NCBI RefSeq assembly: GCF_006345805.1
Contig: NC_042997.1
Location: 89,652,001 to 89,716,000, forward strand
Source: Octopus sinensis
Lineage: Eukaryota
Reading direction: 5' to 3'
DNA: 64,000 nucleotides
Each line of letters opens with the position of its first letter. The stretch's first letter is position 1. The translations under genes and the position numbers were made by a program. The notes beneath the pieces were generated by a model, which saw only the letters and a list, made by a program, of their open reading frames with translations, did not search any database and was not told where the DNA came from. Positions 1-11,299 of the stretch are shown here, one piece after another.

Positions 1-1977
1 ACAATCAGCTCTCTACTGAGGACTTTGCTGCAGCCCTCCAAGGTTTATCTAAATCGAAGCTCATTAACCGGATCACTAAGGGAGCTCAGAATAGCATTGC
101 TCGTATGCTCTCCAGTTTGTTGAAAAATATATGTTTATCCAAGAATGCGTTCGATTGGCAGAAACTGTGGGCAGCAAATTGGGATGTAAAGCTGCCGTCC
201 ACGCTACCAGAGCCTATGCCAACTTGCCCTCCTTGTCACCCAAGGTCATCCTCAAACTTGACTTTAAGAATGCTTTCAACTCCATCAGCTGCGATACTGT
301 CTTCAGCTCAGTAAGAAAGAAGGTCCCACAACTTTACTACCTTGCATGGCAGGCTTATCGAGAACCCTCATATCTCTCTTTCGGTGATCAAATCATCACA
401 TTCACCTCAGGAGTCCAACAGGGCGACCCACTCAGGCCCGCTCTGTTCGCACTGGGCATTGATGACATCACCAAGATGGGTGTCAAGCTAGACCTCAACG
501 TCTGGTATCTTGACGATGCTCGTTTGCTGGGACCTCCAGACAGGGTTCTAGCCATTGCAAACATGATGGTTGGGGAGCTTGGTCGCCAGGGTCTCCAAGT
601 AAACAGCTCCAAATGTGAGCTCTGGATCCTCAACCACCCAGCTTCTCAACATCAACCAACTATTGACCTTTTTGCAGAGTCCTTCCCTTCCATTGCAGTC
701 CCTCCTCCATAGGCTTGGTGCTCTTTAGGTGCCCCAGTCACTGACCATGCCTTTGAGTCCATTTTCCAGTTGAAGGTGGCTGCCCTTGAGCAATTGCTGA
801 AAAATATTAAAGCTATTGAACCCCATCAAGGTTTTTTCATACTTAGGAATTACCTCTTGATCCCTAAGCTTCTACATTTACTCAGAGTCAGCTCATCTTA
901 CAGATTCCCCTGCTTCCTTTCCTCCACCCTAGTGAGCAACATCCTCTCCTCTCCAACATGGACCAGTTCCAACAGGGGTTTGGATGAAGCTCTCCAACAC
1001 TGGAGGGAAATGGGCTTATCTGCTCCTGAAAAGGTGGAGGACTGTCGTAGTTGGGACAACATAATTTCGAAGGCCATCTTCGACTTCCTCTTCATCCAGT
1101 CGGACCAGTTTTCAAGGTGCCGCTTACTATCTTCTAGCGTCAAATACTCAGGTGGCTGGACTGATACTATCCCTGTGGTTAATGTTGACGGAATACTCAG
1201 CTTGGACAAACTTCATGTCTCCATTGCCCCCGAGTGTGAGCTGACGTATGCACGGTTTGATCTGTCGTTGTGGCAGGCTCCTCGACTCCACAGGCCTCCA
1301 TGGCCTTTCTTGTTACCTGAATGCTGGTCGCTTTGCGCATCATACAGAGTTGAACCTGATAGTCAAGAGGAGCTTGGCCCAAGCAAACATCCCCTCCATC
1401 TTGGAACCATCTGGATAGTCCAGATGTGATGGGAAGAGACCTGACGGCCTCACCCTGTGCCCCTGGTCGCAAGGCAGATGCATTGTCTAGGATATCACAA
1501 TTAGCAACTCCTTTGCTTCTTCTCACATCCTGGATGTTGCAGTCGGGGCAAGATCCACAGCTTCTGTGGCTGAGCGGAACAAAATCCTGAAATACTGTGA
1601 TCTGTCGGTCAACTACACTTTCCATCCTGTGGCATTCAAGACGTTTGGTGGGGTCAGACCACTAACTGTGAGATTCCTGTCTTCACTGGCAACTTGCCTT
1701 GCGGAGGTAACTGATGAGGCTCATGAGAACGCTTGGCTGTTCCAGCGCATCAGCCTCGCCATCACCAGCGGCAACACTGCAAGCGTGCTGGCGTGTCTCA
1801 ATAGCCATTAGAGAAGTTTCTCAGAGTCCCCCAACTTTTCAACCCAAGGTGGTGTATTGTTTTGGTTTTTGCTTCTTTTTTCTTTTTAATTTTTCAATTT
1901 TGTTCTCTGTTTTGTCCAGTTTTCTAATTTAATTTTGTAAAACGGTAAACATTGTGAAGGTAATATAAAACAATAAA
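1..1977 (+). mobile_element. CRE/SLACS-like non-LTR retrotransposon (RT + CCHC + restriction-like endonuclease), decayed, runs off left edge
   Basis: RT motifs KLDFKNAFNS, SGVQQGDPL, WYLDD (131-712). Frame 1263-1811 reads CRCGRLLDSTGLHGLSC...HH...RPDGLTLCPW..G...DIT...FHPVAFKTFGG...FQRISLAITSGNTASVL with internal stops. T-rich 3' UTR, AATAAA near 1972. Confidence 0.85.
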
Positions 1978-1989
1978 GGAGAAAATCAA

Positions 1990-2145
1990 AAACCTGATAC
2001 TTGGAAGACGCTAATATGTCTTATTCCAAAGAATGGCAATCCCTCTGATCTGATCAACTACCGTCCTGTTGCACTAATTTCTAAGTTATTTCTGAGGTGA
2101 TGGAGGTAGCCATTAACAAAGACGTTCTCCAAAAGCTTGAGTTTC
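1990..2145 (+). mobile_element. CR1/L2-type LINE RT fragment
   Basis: Degenerate W..A..IPK.G.PSDL.NYRPVAL.S..KVME..IN motif; similar sequence recurs at 54200-54295. Confidence 0.6.
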
Positions 2146-2404
2146 TATCTTTCTCCATGATTTTTATTAGAAAACTGGTTACCTGTAACCTAGAAACAAA
2201 AAGAACGCCAGACTACAGACGATTTTAAAGACAGGTTCAGATACTCCATCACAGTATTGTGGTCCCATAAATGACGAAAAGAAAATTTTAAAAATTCACA
2301 AGCAGAACAATTTTTTAAGGACGAATATAACTAATTTTCAGAAAAAAACCTTTACACAGAAACGCCTTGGTTTTCGGAATAGTTTCGTTCTCAACATAAA
2401 CAGT

Positions 2405-2418
2405 TTTGCCATGGCAAC
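2405..2418. promoter_or_regulatory. Candidate RFX X-box
   Basis: TTTGCCATGGCAAC, 13/14 match to palindromic GTTGCCATGGCAAC, in locally CpG-retaining sequence; no linked gene seen. Confidence 0.35.
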
Positions 2419-2671
2419 GGTTGACTCTTCTAGAGAACGCAGAAAATCAAGACTTTTACCTTGATTTTCATTGAAATCAGCAATCTAGCGGCAGTAACTG
2501 AGAGCGCACATCTTACACTGAGTCCATTCCAGTACTCTAGTTAATCAGTTTGCGTAGGTGCGCTCGAACACACATTTCTAGTTTGCCTACAATTTTTTGC
2601 AATAGGCATTTCCTCCCCCTTGGCTGTTAGCTGCAGGGAGGCTTCCCTAAAAAACGAGTGATTTCTGACGG

Positions 2672-2842
2672 TTTTGATTGTTAGATTCGTTCAAAACACA
2701 CCAAAAACCACAGGTAAAACAAAATGGGTTAATAGTAAAAATTTGCTGTGCAATCTTTTTGATTGTTATATTCGTTCAAAACACACCAAAAACCACAGGT
2801 AAAACAAAATGGGTTAATAGTAAAAATTTACTGTGCAATCTT
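2672..2842 (+). repeat. 85-bp tandem duplication
   Basis: GATTGTTA..TGCAATCTT starts at 2676 and 2761; two substitutions. Confidence 0.95.
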
Positions 2843-4410
2843 AGACCAGTAGTTATTTAATCCCAAATCCATTTTAATTGAGTTGACTCGTAATCAAAGG
2901 CATTTCAGCCACAAACATCCCGTCTTATATTGGGGCATAAATGTATTTAGTACTACTTTATCAAACCTATTCGCTCCCACTTATTTTAAGACAGAGTGTG
3001 ATTTTGAGGAAGATTTGTTGAAAGATTACGTTGGCTACTCGTAAGATCAAGAACTTGATTTGACCAACAGAAACATTAAATATTTAGCGCGAAGTACATA
3101 TTAATTGAAGAATCTAAACCGTATCTCATGGTATCTTGTTAACTTTACCTAGCATGAGTTATTTCTCTTTATTTCTACCGAAATCATTACTTTTATGTCT
3201 GTATACGCGGTAGTTTCCGCAGATGGGAACCAAAGCGTAACCAAATCTAAAAGAATTTCGCTTCACAATCACGAGTTAAGGGTAAAATCTTGCGCGGTAG
3301 CCGTCAGCCTGATGGGGAAATGAGTACATGGAAACTCTGCTAAAAGCTGACTGCTGGATTGTACTTGTAATTCAAAGGATACATTGTTTTACTGTAGCTC
3401 TTCCTCAGAATTATATTCCGAGTAAAGTACCTGGAATATGTAACAAGTTTCACTATAATTCAATGAATATGTTGTTCCGAAACCCACGACAGAATCTAAA
3501 GCGAGATCCAACGAAGATATTGTTTGTTTATACTAAATACATACATTCATATAGATGCTCTCTAAAGAAGGTAAAGAGAAGTAACTCAGACAGGAAAAGT
3601 TGCTATACTGTTATGGAATATGTAAACAAACGTATCTGAACCTTTGTTTATAAGGCATTTGTCCAAGCATTTAGATATTCTGAAAGGCGTAATATCAGCT
3701 TGGTCCGCCCCTTCTCAACTTTGTTTCCTCAAAACTTTCTGAAAATGCATATTTTTTAAAAGGAAATTTTGCGGAGATAGTTTACGAGAGAGTAATGTTG
3801 ATACCACCACCCACCAAAAACAAAAAGTAGCAAAACAAAACAAAAAACGTTGAGTTTCGGATCATTTTTCAATCTTTCCCGACTTTGTTATCATCAGTTT
3901 CCGTTAGCACCCAGATTTATATGTTGAAACATCAATAAATATTTCGTAATCTAGTCTACATTGTCGAAAACGTATTTCTGCAAAATGTCATTTAAAAATA
4001 AGTATTTTTTTATAGGATTATGAGAAAACAAAGTTGGGGACTCCAATATAAACGTGATCCACGCGCTCGAAAAATATATCTCTGCAAAATTTTATTAAAA
4101 ATTTTCGAAGTTAAACATAAACAATGTGAGAGATCGCTATATGGATCCCTTGTATGCTAAAAATAGACGTCTCATATTTTTTTATATATTGAAATAAAAT
4201 TCACAGTCCTCGGACGTTTTTAGGTATGTTGACCACTAGTTGAAATTGATGTTATTTAATAATAACATTAATTTCTACTCTTATTATTTTCAAAGTTACG
4301 CAGTAATAAAATCGGAGGCTTCAATATATATACTAAATTCTTTGAGTATAAGTAAATTTCTGTGGAACTGCGTTCGGAATCCGATTTCGGTTTTCAGTGG
4401 GATATATATT

Positions 4411-4807
4411 CTTTTCTACTCTAGGCACAAGGCCCGAAATTTTTGGAGCGGGGGCCAGTCGATCAGATCGACTCCAATGTGCAACTGGTACTTAATTTAT
4501 CGACTCCGAAAGGATGAAAGGCAAAGTCGACCTCGGCGGAATTTGAACTCTGAACATAAAGACAGACGAAATACCTATTTCTTTACTGACCACAAGGGGC
4601 TACACACAGAGGGGACAAACAAGGACAGACAAACGGATTAAGTCGATTACATCGACCCCAGTGCGTAACTGGTACTTATTTAATCGACCCCGAAAGGATG
4701 AAAAGCAAAGTTGACCTCGGCGGAATTTGAACTCAGAACGTAGCGGTAGACGAAATACCGCAAAGCATTTCGCCCGGCGTGCTAACGTTTCTGCCAGCTC
4801 GCCGCCC
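4411..4807 (-). mobile_element. tRNA-derived SINE family A, composite (head-core-long tail + partial head-core-short tail)
   Basis: Minus strand GGCGGCGAGCTGGCAGAA (A-box like), GAGTTCAAATTCC (B-box like); core GCCTTTCATCCTTTCGG.GTCGATAAA present twice. Confidence 0.9.
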
Positions 4808-5142
4808 TAGTGGGATTACGACGTTTATGCCTTTGCAGAAAGCATAAATGTCACAAAAATCGTATTTCTCCCTCGTGACCAAAATACATGTTTGTATTGT
4901 GTATTTAAAAAAGTGGGTGGTAGGATTTTATCTGTCGCCTGGTTTAACACTATTACTTGGTCTTCGGGTGACTTTTAGAGGCGTTCATTCTGTTGCAAGC
5001 ATTAGGGCTACGTCTGGTTTTAAGGATAAAACCCTGTCAGTCTCAAAGGCACCGTAAAAATGAGTAAAAAAAAATGTCATGGACTGCACATCTCTCCCTA
5101 ACTATACGGTAAATAAAAAACAATTCCTTCCAATTTTATGTT

Positions 5143-5392
5143 TAAAATTTTAGCACAAGGCCGGCAATTTTTGTAGGGGATGGGGGCTAGTCGATTTCAA
5201 TTATTTCTTTTTGCCCACAGGGGGCTAAACATAAAGTGGACAAACAAGGATAAACAAATGGATTAAGTCGATTACATCGACTCCAGTGCGTATTGACCTC
5301 GAAAGTAAGAAAGGCAATGTTGACCTCGGCGGAATTTGAACTCAAGACGTAAGGCTGGAAGAAATACTGCTAGGTATTTTGTCCGGCGTGCT
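5143..5392 (-). mobile_element. SINE family A, degenerate
   Basis: GACCTCGGCGGAATTTGAACTC and GGACAAACAAGGA..AAC..GGATTAAGTCGATTACATCGAC shared with the 4411-4807 copy. Confidence 0.8.
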
Positions 5393-5739
5393 CCGATAAA
5401 TAAAAATAATAAAAGTAACAAAAGCGAGAAAAGGTAAACATACGGAGAAAATGGGAAGCGAATTGAAACTCGGACCGGAAATAAAAGGATTTTCCTCCCT
5501 TGCAACTGGTTTTGTTTTTATTTTAGTAAAACTGTGAGAGAGAAACCGTATCAGAATCAAGGGGAAAAGGATGAGGGAAACAATATGAGGAAGAAAGTAA
5601 GAAAAAGAAACGGGGGAGGGGGAAGAGTAAAAGAAAAGAAAATGCAATAGGAAGAATTTAATTTAATGAGAGAAGTACGATGCAAGAGTAGTGGTTTCTA
5701 GTAGAAAAAGTAAGGTTAACAACAGAAGGTCAAGATTTA

Positions 5740-6310
5740 ACTTCCTTTCTCTTTCTGTTTTTGTCTCGTCTTCCTCTCTACGTTTCACTTATTTTTCTCT
5801 CCATCGACATTTATACATATATTTTTCAGTAGATATTTCCAGTTCTATTCTTTTTCGCCATCGATTTACCTATCACATTTTAGACTGCTCTTTTTTCTCT
5901 CCTATTTTCTCCTCTACATCTCTGTCTCTCGTGGTGTCTCAGTCCTTCACTCAGCGTCCTTCTGCCTTCACTCATACTCATCGTTTTCATTATTATTTCT
6001 GTCTACATCTCTCTATCTCTTTCTCTCTTTACTGCACCTCCAGCTTTGTTCTCTTTCTTTTCATTTACTCACGCTCACTTATTCTATCTACATATCTTAT
6101 TCTTTTCTTCCTTACCTCTTCTCACTCTTTCGTTTCTCACTTATCACCTCACACTCCCCCTTTGTATTCTCTCTCTTGTTTCCTTATACACACTCTCTCC
6201 ATTCCTCCTCCCTCCCTTATTTTTAAAGCTTTCATCTCATCCTATTTCTCTCGATCATTCTGCTACTTTTACCTTTTTCCTTCCCGTCACCCCATTCTCT
6301 CTCTCTCAAT
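5740..6310. repeat. Pyrimidine (CT)-rich low-complexity tract
   Basis: Strong C/T strand bias; source of the spurious F/S/L ORF 5691-6371. Confidence 0.8.
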
Positions 6311-6873
6311 CCTACATAGCAGCAGCAGCATCTCCTATTGCTGCAACACTCCAGACTACCCCTCTCATTAAACGTTATTGCTGTCCTCTTACTGACGGAG
6401 CGGCGGTAGCAGTTATAATAATAATAAAAATATTTCACTGCTGCTTCCTTCGCATTTTTTCTCGATTTTCTACGAGCTTTACCCCCCTCTGAAGCTCGAA
6501 GCCTTCGCGGATACATTAAAAATATTACACTCTCACCGCTATCTTCATCTATATATATTTATACAGACACCGGATAAATTGCCTTTAACCATTTCTTTTT
6601 CAATGAAGACAATCCTGAACATGACCTCTGCCTAAAAGGTAGGCAATTCCCTCTATTTCTTTGTCCTTGAAGGAGCAACATTTTAATGCCGACTTAAATA
6701 ATGGTCGTCTTAGTTGCAGAAGATACTTGCTTTAAAAAATATGGTTGCATTCTATATCGTTTTCTGTAATCTACTTATCTGTATGTCTATCAATTTATCA
6801 ATGTATAAGCTCAATATGTTTCTTACATATCTACCAAACTATATAAGTGGCTATTTGTCAGTCACCGTCGGAC

Positions 6874-6910
<37 letters not shown>

Positions 6911-6936
6911 GATATATGTGAATTGATCGTTTCAGC

Positions 6937-6993
<57 letters not shown>

Positions 6994-7050
6994 ATATCTA
7001 TCTGTTTATCTGTCTGTCTGTCTGTCCAGATAGATAGATAGATCCAAGTA
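6874..7050. repeat. (TATC)n/(TGTC)n/(GATA)n microsatellites
   Basis: Direct reading. Confidence 0.95.
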
Positions 7051-7079
7051 TGTCTGCGTAGATCAATCAATCAATCAAT

Positions 7080-7130
7080 GCAAGTCCATGTACCTGTATC
7101 TATGTGTGTGTGTGTATGTATGTATGTATG

Positions 7131-7167
<37 letters not shown>

Positions 7168-7232
7168 TGTATATGTATCCATCTTCATTCGATCTATCAA
7201 TGTATTCTTATCTCATACACTCTGTTTGACTT

Positions 7233-7263
<31 letters not shown>

Positions 7264-7498
7264 ATCTATCTATTTATCTATCTACAATTTACATTAGAAC
7301 TGTAGCTACATGTTTACATTTTAAAACGAAGTTAAACATGCTATTACAAAGAATAGGTATATCAGAGAAAATAGAAATAGAAATGTGAAAATAGGTCTCT
7401 GAAAATGTAAACAAATTATATGTATATATGAGAGTACGTGTATGTATGAATATATATGTGCATATCTGTTTCTGTCTTTTTATGTATGTGTAACTATG

Positions 7499-7587
<89 letters not shown>

Positions 7588-7765
7588 ATATCTATCTATG
7601 TATATGTATGTGTGTGTCTGCTTATCTATCTCTGTCTCTTTATGTATGTGTATTTATGTACATATATATGCTTCAATATCTATGTGAATTTCTCTGTCTG
7701 TTGGCACTGATCAAAGCGCCAGTGTACGAAACTTTCGACCCTTGAGTCACTAATTCTACGGTTAA

Positions 7766-7798
<33 letters not shown>

Positions 7799-7909
7799 GT
7801 GTGTATACAAATGTATATATGCATGTATGTTCATAAATGTATATCCGCGTGTAAGCAATATAAATGTATATACATTTATGCCTACATATCTCTGTGTATG
7901 CATATATAT

Positions 7910-7952
<43 letters not shown>

Positions 7953-8160
7953 GTATGTATCTATAAATATGAAAATATGTGTATGTACAATATATGTGCA
8001 AATGTGTGTATATATATGTATGTATGTATCTATAAATATGAAAATATGTGTATGTACAATATATGTGCAAATGTGTGTATATATATGTGTGTGTATGTAT
8101 ATATCTATGTAAATATGTATGTGCATATTTATATATGTAAATATATATGTATAATAATAA
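7080..8160. repeat. Compound (TA)n/(TG)n/(CT)n/(TATC)n/(ATT)n microsatellite mosaic with a 69-bp duplication
   Basis: CTATAAATATGAAAATATG at 7961 and 8030. Confidence 0.9.
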
Positions 8161-8303
8161 TTTCGTTTGGTTATAATTCTGGAGTTTATCCTATTAAGCT
8201 CATCTATGGGTATTGGCTATCAGACAAGACAGTTAAGTGAAGACTGATTTATCAAACAAATGTATGAAAATCCATAAAATATATATAGATGTTTTATAAT
8301 TGT

Positions 8304-8690
8304 AAACAAGAAGAATGGAGTGAGGAAGTATTTTTAATGCATCAATTTACAGTTGTTTCATCTGCATTCAGTCCCATCTGTCTTGCTGTAGTATGCAATA
8401 ATACATGCAACTATTGATTACTGTCCAAGTGGCATTGAAATTACACATGTCGAATCACACTCATCAAAATTACACACAAAAATCATTTGCAAATTATAAT
8501 AACAATTTATTTTTTCATATGTAATTCTAATGAGTCTTATTTGACATGTGTCATTTCAATGCCACTTGGACAGTAATCAATAGTTGCAAGCATTGTTGTA
8601 TAATGTGGCAAGATTGATGCGTTCAAGTTAAGATGAACCAATTGTAAACTGATGTATTAAAAAGATTTAATCACCCCATTCTTCATGTTT
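8304..8690. mobile_element. MITE-like element with ~150-bp inverted arms
   Basis: 8406-8441 is the perfect reverse complement of 8553-8588 (36 bp); outer ends 8304-8323 vs 8671-8690 match 18/20. Confidence 0.8.
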
Positions 8691-8779
8691 CCGATTATGT
8701 AGATATGTGTGTGTGTATACATGTGTAAATATGTATGTATATGCATGTATACATGTGTATATATGTATATATATGTATG

Positions 8780-8820
<41 letters not shown>

Positions 8821-8862
8821 GTATATATGTGTATATGTATGTATATATATGTGTGTGTATGA

Positions 8863-9700
8863 CTATTGAGTTCATGCGTAAGCTTGCAAGAAATGAAGCT
8901 AGTATGCTCTGCTGGATGTGTAATGTCAGTGTGCATACATAGCAGTGTAAGCACCCTGAGAGAAAAGTTGGACATAAGAAGCATCAGATGTGGTGTGCAA
9001 GAGAAATGACTGCACTGGTATGGTCATGTGTTGCGTATGGATGAGGACAGCTGTGTGAAAAATTGTCACACCCTATCAGTAGAGTGAACCTGTGGAAGAG
9101 GTAGACCCAAGAAGACCTAAGATGTGGTGGTGAAGCATGACCTTCGAATGGAGGCAATGACAAGTGACTGAGACCTTTGGAGATATGCTGTGCTTGAGAA
9201 GACCCAGCAAGCCGAGTGAGACTAACCGTGGCCTATGCCAGTGTAGCATAACTGGCCCATTTAACAGTACTCTTCAATCATAGGGCAATAAACTGTGCTC
9301 GAGAAGACCTGTTAAGTAAAATCATTGTTGTGGCCAATGCCAGTACTGCCGGACTGGCACCTGTGCTGGTGGTACGTTTTGGCCGATTCCAGTCCCGCCT
9401 GATGGTCCTGTGCTGGTAGCATGTAAAAGGCATCATTCAAGCGTGGTTGTTGCCAGTGCTGCCAGACTGGCTCCCTTGACCGTGGCATGTAAAAAGCACC
9501 ATTCAAGCGTGGTTGTTGCCAGTACTGGCCCTAGTGACGGTGGCTTGTAAAAAGCACTCACTACTCTCTCGGAGTGGTTGGTGTTAGGAAGGTTGTCTAG
9601 CTGTAGAAACCTTACCAGATATCAGATTGGAGCCTAGTCCTCAGTCAAACCGTCCAAACGATGCCATCATGAAAAGCAGACGTTAAGCGATGATGATGAT
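8863..9700 (+). mobile_element. RTE-clade LINE 3' fragment with repetitive 3' UTR and (GAT)n tail
   Basis: [18 protein letters not shown]...[14 protein letters not shown]...W.GHV.RM, matching 16660-17320; GGC.TGTAAAAAGCAC subrepeats; ends GATGATGAT. Confidence 0.85.
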
Positions 9701-9727
9701 ATGTATGTGTATATACATGTATTCATA

Positions 9728-9766
<39 letters not shown>

Positions 9767-9767
<1 letters not shown>

Positions 9768-10205
9768 GCCAGCCCACTTATGCATACCTTTCCCTCTTGG
9801 GAGAGAAAACTCTGCTTGTGAAGACCTGTTGAGGCAAGTGAAATTGGAATCGAAATCGCTCAAAAATCAATGGAAATTGTAGTTGTGGTACCAGTGTCGG
9901 TGGCATGTAAAAGAACCATCCGGGCATGGCCGTTGCCAGCGCCGCCCCGACTGGCCTCCATGCCGGTGGCACGTAAAAAGCACTAACCGATCGTGGCTGT
10001 TGCCAGCTTTGCCTGGCACCGTGCTGGTGGCACGTAAAATACACCCACTACACTCACAGAGTGGTTGGCGTTAGGAAGGGCATCCAGCTGTAGAAACACT
10101 GCCAGATCAGACTGGGCCTGGTGCAGCCTCCTGGCTTCCCAAACGCCAGTCGAACCGTCCAACCCATGCTAGCATGGAAAGCTGATGTTAAACGATGATG
10201 ATGAT
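9767..10205 (+). mobile_element. RTE-type 3' UTR/tail (5'-truncated LINE or RTE-tailed SINE)
   Basis: GAGTGGTTGGCGTTAGGAAGGGCATCCAGCTGTAGAAAC...CATGCTAGCATGGAAAG..GATGTTAAACGATGATGATG. Confidence 0.85.
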
Positions 10206-10909
10206 ACATATATATATATATATGTCCATACATGTGTATGTATATGTACATGTGTATATTTGTAGATACATATATGTGAATATGAATGTGTATATGTACA
10301 TGTGTGTGTGTATATATATGTATATATATATATATATTATATATATATATATATATATATGCACATATGTGTCACTGTGTGGTAAGTAGCTTGCTTACCA
10401 ATCTCATGGTTCCAGGTTCAGTCCCCCTGCGTGGAACCTTGGGTAAGTGTCTCCTACTATAGCCTTGGGCTGACCAAAGCCTTGTGAGTGGATTTGGTAG
10501 AGGGAAACTGAAACAAGCACATTGTATATATATATATATGTGTGCATATGTATATATATATGTGTGTATATAATATATATATATATGTGTGTGTGTATAT
10601 ATATATATATGTATGTATATATATATGTGTGTGTGTATACACACATATATATATGTATATATATATATATATCATCATCATCATCACGGACGTTAAACGA
10701 TGATGATGATGATGATGATATATATATATATATACATATATATATGTGTGTGTATATATATATATGTATATATATGTGTGTATATATATATTATATATAT
10801 ATATACCGAAGTAAGCACATAAATGTGGAACAAGGTGGAAAATAGAGTACTCAAATACCAGAGGTAGAGTAATATGCTTTATTTAAAAGCAGCAGAAATA
10901 TAACAAAAG

Positions 10910-10947
10910 CTGTTACTCAGAGTTTCACGTTCCCGTTCGTCGGACAG
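10910..10947 (-). ncRNA. Minimal type I hammerhead ribozyme motif (CCGACGA core variant)
   Basis: Minus: CUGU CCGACGA ACG-GGAA-CGU GAAA CU-CUG-AG UA ACAG; stems I, II and III all close. Confidence 0.65.
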
Positions 10948-10988
10948 TTTGTATCCCCTACCATCATTTGACAGTTTTGTTGACAAAA

Positions 10989-11026
10989 CTGTCTGACGAA
11001 TGGGAACGTGAAACTCTGAGTAACAG
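10989..11026 (+). ncRNA. Minimal type I hammerhead ribozyme motif
   Basis: CUGU CUGACGA AUG-GGAA-CGU GAAA CU-CUG-AG UA ACAG; predicted GUA cleavage after 11022. Confidence 0.75.
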
Positions 11027-11058
11027 CTTTTGTTATATTTCTGCTGCTTTTAAATAAA

Positions 11059-11108
<50 letters not shown>

Positions 11109-11299
11109 GTCTGTGTCCCCCACCATCACTTGACAACCAATGCTGGTATGTTTATGTCCCTGTAACTTGGCGGTATGATAAAAGAGTCCGATAGAATAAG
11201 TACTAGGCTTACAAAGTATGAGTCCTGGGGTTATTTTGTTTGACTAAAGGCAGTACTTCAGCATGGTTGCAGTCAAATGACTGAAACATATAAAAGAAT

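Larger units (their letters stand above)
10872..11064. repeat. ~78-bp-arm inverted repeat (Penelope pLTR-like) carrying one HHR motif per arm
   Basis: 10877-10950 pairs with 10986-11059 with only G-T differences; ~35-nt spacer. Confidence 0.9.

Noticed and set aside
5691-6492. 226-aa and 148-aa F/S/L-rich ORFs (similar ones at 25628-27113)
   Set aside because: Produced by CT-rich low complexity; no domain motifs or splice support.
9340-10050. Short repeats GGCAYGTAAAAAGCAC separated by variable spacers, superficially CRISPR-like
   Set aside because: Irregular spacing, spacers related to each other, part of the RTE 3' UTR, eukaryotic context, no cas genes.
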